The position numbers and the translations under genes were made by a program. A DNA stretch of 62,471 bases, filler included. It is 6 parts of 6 records of this genome, joined end to end, with 100 filler letters (N's around TTAATTAATTAA, not from the genome) between each part and the next. Parts side by side here need not be neighbours in the genome. Positions count along the whole stretch, not along the records: positions 53,859 to 62,471 come from SRR31156797_10623; 5 more parts are not named here. One strand, 5' to 3'. Below the pieces are notes generated by a model that was not told the DNA's origin, searched no databases, and saw only the letters and a program-made list of their open reading frames with translations. Below, piece after piece: positions 56,231 through 62,471 of this stretch. Positions within the stretch are counted from its first letter, which is position 1. Every line of letters starts with the position of its first letter.

Positions 56231-56254
56231 AGCAGCCTTTAAAAGGCTGCTTTT
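56231..56254 (+). terminator. Intrinsic terminator/stabiliser after the pilin gene
   Basis: AGCAGCCTT-TAA-AAGGCTGCT-TTT. Confidence 0.75.
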
Positions 56255-56268
56255 GTAAGGTTGCAGCG

Positions 56269-56706
56269 ATGTTTAGTTTTTCTTTTTATCTTTTTGGATT
56301 TATTCTTTCATATTTAGATTTCAAATATTTTAAAGTACCAAATATCTTAGTTTTAACGTGTTTCATATTTTTACTTTTTTTTGGATTTATTGAACAACAG
56401 TTAAATATCTATTCATTCGTGATAGCTATTTTAGTGTTGTTTTTCTTTATTGTAATACTTTTATTACAGCCTAAAATGATACTAGGTGGTGGGGATATCA
56501 AATATATAATGTTGGTTGCATTATATCTTGATCCATTTGACTTCCCTTATTTTTTAATAATAACAGGGATCTTACAAACTGTATTTTTACTTTTTAAACA
56601 ACAAGTTTGTAAAAGACGAACCGCTCCTATGGTTCCAGTGATTTTCTTATCAGTAATAGTGAGTGAAGTATTAGTTTTTTGGGATTTGATTCCAGTAAAG
56701 GTGTAA
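56269..56706 (+). CDS. Prepilin peptidase (A24, TadV/CpaA-like)
   Basis: SYLDF..VPN and LGGGDIK catalytic aspartates; no methylase domain. Confidence 0.82.
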   Translation: MFSFSFYLFGFILSYLDFKYFKVPNILVLTCFIFLLFFGFIEQQLNIYSFVIAILVLFFFIVILLLQPKMILGGGDIKYIMLVALYLDPFDFPYFLIITGILQTVFLLFKQQVCKRRTAPMVPVIFLSVIVSEVLVFWDLIPVKV

Positions 56707-56709
56707 GTT

Positions 56710-57735
56710 ATGAAAAGAGCATTTGTTGATAAAATAATGTTAGGTTTTTTACTACTAGCAGGTGTTTTTGTTTTTATATCAACAAATGTCGATGATATTA
56801 GTGTAAGAAATAAACTTCTTAGTCTTAAAAAACTTACAGATGCTACAGCTTTAGGTTTAGCAAACCATTACATTGATAATCTAGATACTAATACAGCTGA
56901 AACTATAATGAATGATATATTAGATGAGAGCTCTTTAGGACAAGATGCAAAAGCATATATGAGTTTTTCTTGGGATCTTGTCAGTGATCCAAAAAATGTA
57001 ACCGTCACTATTACAAACTATGTGCATAATACCTTTTGGTATCGATTTTTATCAAAAGATGAGTTTATCTTTGAACATATAGAATCAAAAGCAAATATTG
57101 AATTACTCCCTGCAAATACTCTTCCTATAATTGATGAAGTATCAGATTTTATGCCATTTGCAGTAAATGAATGTGGACAAGATGATGGTTTTCATATAGG
57201 AGATAGTTTTTCATTTATTTATAAATCATACGGTATTTATGAAGCGGATGAGAGTTTAGGTTTTTATGGAATCTCTCCTAATGATCCAGATCCAAGAGCT
57301 GGGGATCAAAGTGATTTTGCCCACTTTAAAAATGAGGTATATGACTTTAATAGAGTTGATAATACGCAATATCTAGTGGATACTATTCAAGAGACCATAG
57401 AAAATGATGCTCAACAACTAGCAAGTGCTTTAGAGATCCATAAGTTTGAAGACCCTATGAGTATTAGTATAGCTATATTAGACTGTAGTAGTACCAAAGA
57501 TAATATCATTATATCTTCGTTGCTTCCAGTAAATATGACAAATATCTATTGTGGAGATAAAACAACTTCGACTACGAATATTGATCAAGCTTTTAGTGAT
57601 CAAACAGGGGAAGTTTTTGAAAATATCAATTGGGTTGAATGGGTTGAGAGTAAAGATTGTTCACAAAGTGGTTTATTTAGAATTGATGTTGATGTAAGAG
57701 CTCCTGAAGTAGAGACGGCAGTATTAGAGTATTAA
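56710..57735 (+). CDS. TadG-like pilus assembly protein
   Basis: N-terminal TM then D.....RNKL..L..TDATAL Tad motif; PFAVN; Cys-containing C-terminal domain. Confidence 0.6.
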   Translation: MKRAFVDKIMLGFLLLAGVFVFISTNVDDISVRNKLLSLKKLTDATALGLANHYIDNLDTNTAETIMNDILDESSLGQDAKAYMSFSWDLVSDPKNVTVTITNYVHNTFWYRFLSKDEFIFEHIESKANIELLPANTLPIIDEVSDFMPFAVNECGQDDGFHIGDSFSFIYKSYGIYEADESLGFYGISPNDPDPRAGDQSDFAHFKNEVYDFNRVDNTQYLVDTIQETIENDAQQLASALEIHKFEDPMSISIAILDCSSTKDNIIISSLLPVNMTNIYCGDKTTSTTNIDQAFSDQTGEVFENINWVEWVESKDCSQSGLFRIDVDVRAPEVETAVLEY

Positions 57736-57743
57736 AAGGATTG

Positions 57744-59327
57744 ATGATGACGTTAGAACAATATAATTCACAAATTCATGAACAAAAAGAGATTCTGTTA
57801 TTAGAAGAGAGTTTACAAGAGAGTTTAAAATATTTTGTTTTATTTTCAAATATTGAAGAGCTTTCATTTTTTCAATATGATTATGAACTCAATCAGTATG
57901 ATTATAGATATAGTGTAAATTCTTTAGAAGAGTTTCAAAAAACTGATGTAGATATGGAAAGTTTTGAATTTACTCTAATTATTGAAAATGAGAATAATAC
58001 GTTTGGAATAATCGCTTTTAATAAAAAACCTGAGAAAACTGAGATTGTAGAAAAGCTTTTATTGAAAATTAGAGAAAATCTACACAAACTTTTTTTAGTA
58101 AGACAGCAATTAATCTTAGAAGATACTGCTAAAACTGATATCTATCTTATTTCAGATGAATCTTCAAAAGAGTTTACAAGAAAGCTTAAAAATAGTCTTA
58201 AAGTGATCATCAATTCTGAACTTAAAGTGATCAAAGATATAAGAGATATATTAGCTCAGCTTAAAACAAAAACAAAAAAATCTGTTTTGATTTATCTTGT
58301 TGAAGATGAAGAGTTAATTCAAAAAGATGAAGAGATATTAAAACAGATCAATGAGTTTTTAATTGTGATTGGTCCAACCAACTTTGATCTTTCACTTTAT
58401 TGTGGGCAATTACAAGTTTATAAATATCTCTCAAAAGATCATTTTATCCCAGAGCAGATCAAAACTATTTTGAATGAATTAAAAAATAAAGTACAAAATA
58501 AATATCTTCATACTAATAAGATCATTACATTAGCAGGAATTTCAGGTGGAGTTGGAACTACAACTATTGCTATGAATCTAGCAAATTTACTATCTCAAAA
58601 AAATAGTGAGAAAAATGTCTTATATATTGATCTTTCACAAACAAAAGCGATTAGTAATCTTTTTTTAGAACAAAACCCAATGCCAAAAAAAACAATTATT
58701 GATCTTGTAAATAGTTCAAGTTTTGATATAGAAAAAAATCTTGAAAATGGATTAGTAAAAGTAAAAGAGAATTTTTATGCAATCAATGGGATACAAAAAC
58801 ATATCGATAGTGATTATTTAGAACAAGAGGTATTTATAGAAAAGTTTTTAGAATACCTTTCAAAAATGGGAGAAAGTTTTAATTATATTATTATTGATAC
58901 TGGTGAAGCAACCGCTACACCTCTTAAATCAACTCTTTATGATATCTCCAATGATCTTTGGATCCTCACAGAGATGACACTTCCTCATATCTCAAAACTG
59001 AAAACATTTTTCTCTTTGATGAAAAGAGCAGGGTTAAAAGATAAATTGACATTTTTAGTAAATCGTTATGATTCTGCTTTTGCTATATCAGTTTCAGATG
59101 TGATCTCTATTTTAAATACAGGAAATGATGAACATCTAAATTTTGATCATAAAATACCAAATGATTATGAAAAGCTTGGATATTGTTGGAACTATTGCGA
59201 ACTAGTTACCAACTCCTATCCAAGCTCACCATTTGTAGAGGTTTTAACGCAACTTCTTTATAAAAAAGAGCTGATTGAAAAAGAGGTTGTAAAAGTAAAA
59301 ACAAAAACCTTTTTTTCACTTTTTTAA
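57744..59327 (+). CDS. TadZ/CpaE-like ParA/MinD ATPase with long N-terminal extension
   Basis: SGGVGTTTIAMNLA, VLYIDL, YIIIDTG, VNRY, IPNDY. Confidence 0.78.
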   Translation: MMTLEQYNSQIHEQKEILLLEESLQESLKYFVLFSNIEELSFFQYDYELNQYDYRYSVNSLEEFQKTDVDMESFEFTLIIENENNTFGIIAFNKKPEKTEIVEKLLLKIRENLHKLFLVRQQLILEDTAKTDIYLISDESSKEFTRKLKNSLKVIINSELKVIKDIRDILAQLKTKTKKSVLIYLVEDEELIQKDEEILKQINEFLIVIGPTNFDLSLYCGQLQVYKYLSKDHFIPEQIKTILNELKNKVQNKYLHTNKIITLAGISGGVGTTTIAMNLANLLSQKNSEKNVLYIDLSQTKAISNLFLEQNPMPKKTIIDLVNSSSFDIEKNLENGLVKVKENFYAINGIQKHIDSDYLEQEVFIEKFLEYLSKMGESFNYIIIDTGEATATPLKSTLYDISNDLWILTEMTLPHISKLKTFFSLMKRAGLKDKLTFLVNRYDSAFAISVSDVISILNTGNDEHLNFDHKIPNDYEKLGYCWNYCELVTNSYPSSPFVEVLTQLLYKKELIEKEVVKVKTKTFFSLF

Positions 59328-59337
59328 AGGATAATAG

Positions 59338-60933
59338 ATGAGAAGTTTAAAAGATATTATTGAGTTTCATGAAAGTCAAGGTTCTAAAGATGATGATATT
59401 CAAGCAAACATTGTACAAAATGATAGTTTGAGTGAAAATAAAACAAAAATACAAAAGATACAAAAAAAACGTTTTAGTGAAGTATTGAAATTTCCAGATA
59501 TCTATGTTCATGAAGAGATGCTTGAACTCACTTATAAAGTATATGATCAGTTCTTACTCAATCTAAAATCTGATAAAAAAATCACAAAAGATAGTTTAGA
59601 TGAAGTATTACCTGAGTTTATCTTAAGTTTTGCAGAGTGTAGAACCCTTTCAAAAGAGCAACTTGATGATATAAAACAGTATATAACTCATAATATCATA
59701 GGACTAGGAGTAATAAGTACTATTTTTGAACTTGCGGGAGATGGTCTAAATGATGTGATCGTGAATACAAAAGACTATGTAGATATTATTTATAATGGTC
59801 AAACTCTAGAGACTCCTATGAAATTTAGAAGTGAAGAGGAGCTTCGAAAAATAATTGATAAGATGCTTGCTCAAAATAATAGAAAGATAGATGAAGCTCA
59901 TCCTATTATTTCAAGTAAACTACAAGATGGATCTCGTGTGGAGGTGCAAATCCCTCCAATTGCTGCAAATGGTGGAAGCTGTGTAACTATCAGAAAATTT
60001 AACGATCTTCCACTTTTATTAGAAACCCTTATTGATACAGAGCAGATGGATTATAAAATGGCATATTTCCTTTTAAAACTTGCAAAAGGGAAATGTAATG
60101 TGATCGTCTCAGGGGGTACTTCTAGTGGTAAAACTACCTTTTTAAATGCGGTCACACGATTTATCGATGATAATGAACAGCTTATGGTAATCGAAGATAC
60201 CAAAGAGATGCAGCCTCAGATGCCATGTCACCTTGTAAGATCTTATGAAGCAAGGATGGCAAATGAAGAGGGGAAAGGGGCTATCACTTTAGATTTTCTA
60301 CTCCGTTCAGCTCTTCGTTCAAGTCCAAGACGGATCATAGTCGGGGAGTGTAGGGGACCAGAAATTGTTGTAATGCTTAATGCTATGAATACAGGTCACC
60401 CTGGATCTATGACCACGGTGCATGCTGATGATACAAAAGAGGCTTTGGTAAGGGTAGAAAATATGTATTTAGAAGCTAGACCAACAGCAAGCATCAATTT
60501 TATCCGTTCTCAAATTGTCTCAGCTATTGATGTGATCATCCAGCTAGTACGTTTCCCTGATGGTACAAGAAAAATCATTACCATATCTGAAGTGGAGAAG
60601 AGAATGGAAGATAATGGAGTGATCTCTTTAAATCATATCTTTAAGTTTGAAAGGGATACCGAAGATCTAAAAAGTACAAAAGGGGAGTTTAAAGCAATAG
60701 CAGCTCCTAGTAGAACTATTGATCAGATGAATATGTTTGGAGTTGATCTTGATAAAAGGATTTTTAATCCAGAGTTTGAGATGACAAAAGAGATGCTTAT
60801 TGAAGAGCTTCGAAAAGATCTTCCATCTAAAATGTGTGGATGGAAAGATACTCATATTGATCAGTACCTTAGACGTGATCCTGAGCTTTTTCATAAGTGG
60901 CCGCACTTTCAAGAGATTGAAACAAAGGATTAA
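59338..60933 (+). CDS. tadA: Tad pilus assembly ATPase (TadA/CpaF)
   Basis: DGSRV..IPP, TIRKF, GGTSSGKTT, IEDTKE, IIVGECRG, AMNTGHPGSMTTVHA. Confidence 0.92.
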   Translation: MRSLKDIIEFHESQGSKDDDIQANIVQNDSLSENKTKIQKIQKKRFSEVLKFPDIYVHEEMLELTYKVYDQFLLNLKSDKKITKDSLDEVLPEFILSFAECRTLSKEQLDDIKQYITHNIIGLGVISTIFELAGDGLNDVIVNTKDYVDIIYNGQTLETPMKFRSEEELRKIIDKMLAQNNRKIDEAHPIISSKLQDGSRVEVQIPPIAANGGSCVTIRKFNDLPLLLETLIDTEQMDYKMAYFLLKLAKGKCNVIVSGGTSSGKTTFLNAVTRFIDDNEQLMVIEDTKEMQPQMPCHLVRSYEARMANEEGKGAITLDFLLRSALRSSPRRIIVGECRGPEIVVMLNAMNTGHPGSMTTVHADDTKEALVRVENMYLEARPTASINFIRSQIVSAIDVIIQLVRFPDGTRKIITISEVEKRMEDNGVISLNHIFKFERDTEDLKSTKGEFKAIAAPSRTIDQMNMFGVDLDKRIFNPEFEMTKEMLIEELRKDLPSKMCGWKDTHIDQYLRRDPELFHKWPHFQEIETKD

Positions 60934-61874
60934 TGATGAATACTGAAATTTTAATTTTTTTCTTTATCTTTTTAGTTCCTTTTATAGTGATCACTTTAGG
61001 GTACTTTTTATATCAATACTACATCCAATCAAATAAAACAAAAATGATGATCAATGTTTTATCTGATGCCTCTCATCATATTATTGATAATAAAAAACAA
61101 AGGGAATCTAAAAAAGTAAAAACAGCCAATATAATCAAAAAAAAGCTCAATCATGCAGGGTTTTTATACGATTATGCAGAATATGTTTTTTATTTTATCT
61201 CTTTAGGTTTTGGACTTTTAGCTGGGATATTTATTTTTATAGTGATGGAATCTACGATCGCTTTAGTGATCTCTTCTATTGTTTTCTCTTCTTTTCCTTA
61301 TATAGTTTTAGAAAAAATAATAGCTACTCGTCAAGAGGAGTTTAATTTTGGTCTAAAAGCGATTATCGATAAAGTGACTAGTATGATGAGAAGTGGAGTA
61401 GGGTTTGAGCAGTCTTTTAAAAAATCTATCCTTACAAGCAAATCAAAACTAACTAAAGAGATCCTTGATATCTATCTCAATGAAAAAGATATTATCGGAG
61501 AAGAGAAAGCGTTTGAAAAGATGTTTCAACTTGTAGAATCTAAAGAGTTTAGAATCTTTTATCTCACTATCACCATAGGAAGACAATCGGGAGGAAAGTT
61601 TTCAAATACTTTAGAGACTTTACGAAAAACACTTCATGATCAAGGAACTATCAAACAAGAGATCATCTCTTCTACAAGAGAGATAAAAATAGGAACGTAT
61701 ATGATTATTGTATTAACTGTTAGTATTTATCTAATGGTTAATGGAGTATTCGAAGGTGCTTTAAATAGCCATTTTTTTGGAACATCGGATGGGAAACTAC
61801 AGATGTTCTTTATAATCATTTGGGTGGCATTTGGTTTATTTGTAAACAATATGCTTACCAAGATCAAAGGATAA
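60933..61874 (+). CDS. tadB: Tad inner-membrane platform protein (T2SSF)
   Basis: SMMRSG.GF, GRQSGGKFSNTLE; directly after tadA. Confidence 0.8.
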   Translation: MMNTEILIFFFIFLVPFIVITLGYFLYQYYIQSNKTKMMINVLSDASHHIIDNKKQRESKKVKTANIIKKKLNHAGFLYDYAEYVFYFISLGFGLLAGIFIFIVMESTIALVISSIVFSSFPYIVLEKIIATRQEEFNFGLKAIIDKVTSMMRSGVGFEQSFKKSILTSKSKLTKEILDIYLNEKDIIGEEKAFEKMFQLVESKEFRIFYLTITIGRQSGGKFSNTLETLRKTLHDQGTIKQEIISSTREIKIGTYMIIVLTVSIYLMVNGVFEGALNSHFFGTSDGKLQMFFIIIWVAFGLFVNNMLTKIKG

Positions 61875-61877
61875 GTT

Positions 61878-62471
61878 ATGTGGTATATTATTATATTTGC
61901 TCCAATGGTTTTGATTCTAACAATTGTAGGGGGATTTTATCTTTTCAAAAGATATAAAAGATCAAAAAATATTATTTTACTCTCAAAACTTGATGTAACA
62001 GGGATAGTAAATCAGCAAAAAAGGATTCAAACTTCCCCTTCAAAAGATACTTTAGGAACAAAACTGATCCAAGCAGGAATCACTCTAAAAGAATATAATG
62101 AAGCAAGATTTTTATTTATGATCATTGGTTTAGTTATTATAGGAGTAATACCGTTTTTTACCCCTTTAAAAGTAGGACTTGGTGCTATTATTGTAGGACT
62201 TGTTTTTATCATCTTTGGTGGAAAAATATATCTCTCCATAGCAAAATCTGAGAGGGTAGAAAAAATAGATCGAGATCTTGGAACTTTTTTAGACCTAGTA
62301 AATGTGATCTTAGAAGCGGGTGGAAGTTTAAAAAATGCATTTTTTACCGTTTCTAAAAGAGGTGATAAGATCATTGATGAAGAGCTTTTAAAAGAGATTG
62401 CTATCTTAGAGTATGAGATGACAAACTATAGTACCAAACAAGCCTATGAAAATTTAAAAAATAGAGTTGAT
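61878..62471 (+). CDS. tadC: TadC-like T2SSF protein (3' partial; absent from the ORF track)
   Basis: MWYIIIFAPM...KLIQAG...RVEKIDRDLGTFLDLVNVILEAGGSLKNA; runs off the window end. Confidence 0.78.
   Translation, partial: MWYIIIFAPMVLILTIVGGFYLFKRYKRSKNIILLSKLDVTGIVNQQKRIQTSPSKDTLGTKLIQAGITLKEYNEARFLFMIIGLVIIGVIPFFTPLKVGLGAIIVGLVFIIFGGKIYLSIAKSERVEKIDRDLGTFLDLVNVILEAGGSLKNAFFTVSKRGDKIIDEELLKEIAILEYEMTNYSTKQAYENLKNRVD

Overview
The window is not one locus. It is six unrelated contigs joined by artificial 100-bp spacers (N44-TTAATTAATTAA-N44), so synteny only holds within a contig. Taxonomic labels below are my inference from base composition and protein style. (1) 1-13653, GC-rich, Desulfobacterales-like: a TIGR02270-like gene; a divergent Ser/Thr-phosphorylation module (dual-FHA protein, LysM-TPR lipoprotein, polysaccharide deacetylase lipoprotein | sensor paralogue, membrane Hanks kinase, PP2C); a CHASE4-PAS-GGDEF cyclase; a TrmH-family methyltransferase; an ABC transporter. 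(2) 13754-32481, AT-rich, Campylobacterota-like: a Fur-headed ferrosome (fez)-type cluster with a DYSC-motif P1B-6 ATPase, an atypical second P1B ATPase, ferritin-like, MamC-like and GxxxG small proteins, including an unannotated 32-aa ORF. It sits in an iron/oxidative-stress island (Fur boxes, second Fur, NiCoT/DUF1007, DUF2325, katA-ankyrin-dps), followed by a Spy/cytochrome b/LolCDE-like operon. (3) 32582-39232, AT-rich: hybrid kinase, nitroreductase, a probable 6S RNA, a sugar-binding protein and a HAMP-SpoIIE sensor. (4) 39333-48223: MacAB-like ABC exporter, TRAP transporter, acyl-CoA synthetase. (5) 48324-53758: a NorR-like sigma54 activator divergent from a peroxiredoxin, with a consensus -24/-12 promoter and a nested 21-bp inverted repeat; an EAL phosphodiesterase; galE. 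(6) 53859-62471, Campylobacterota-like: htpG, then two tandem c-di-GMP-I riboswitches in front of a Tad/Flp pilus locus with a non-canonical pilin. The best candidates for new biology are the fez-type cluster, the riboswitch-controlled Tad locus, the sigma54 NorR-like/peroxiredoxin switch and the sensor-type Ser/Thr kinase module. No CRISPR array, tRNA, rRNA or transposase was seen. All family calls come from motif recognition by eye; no searches were run.
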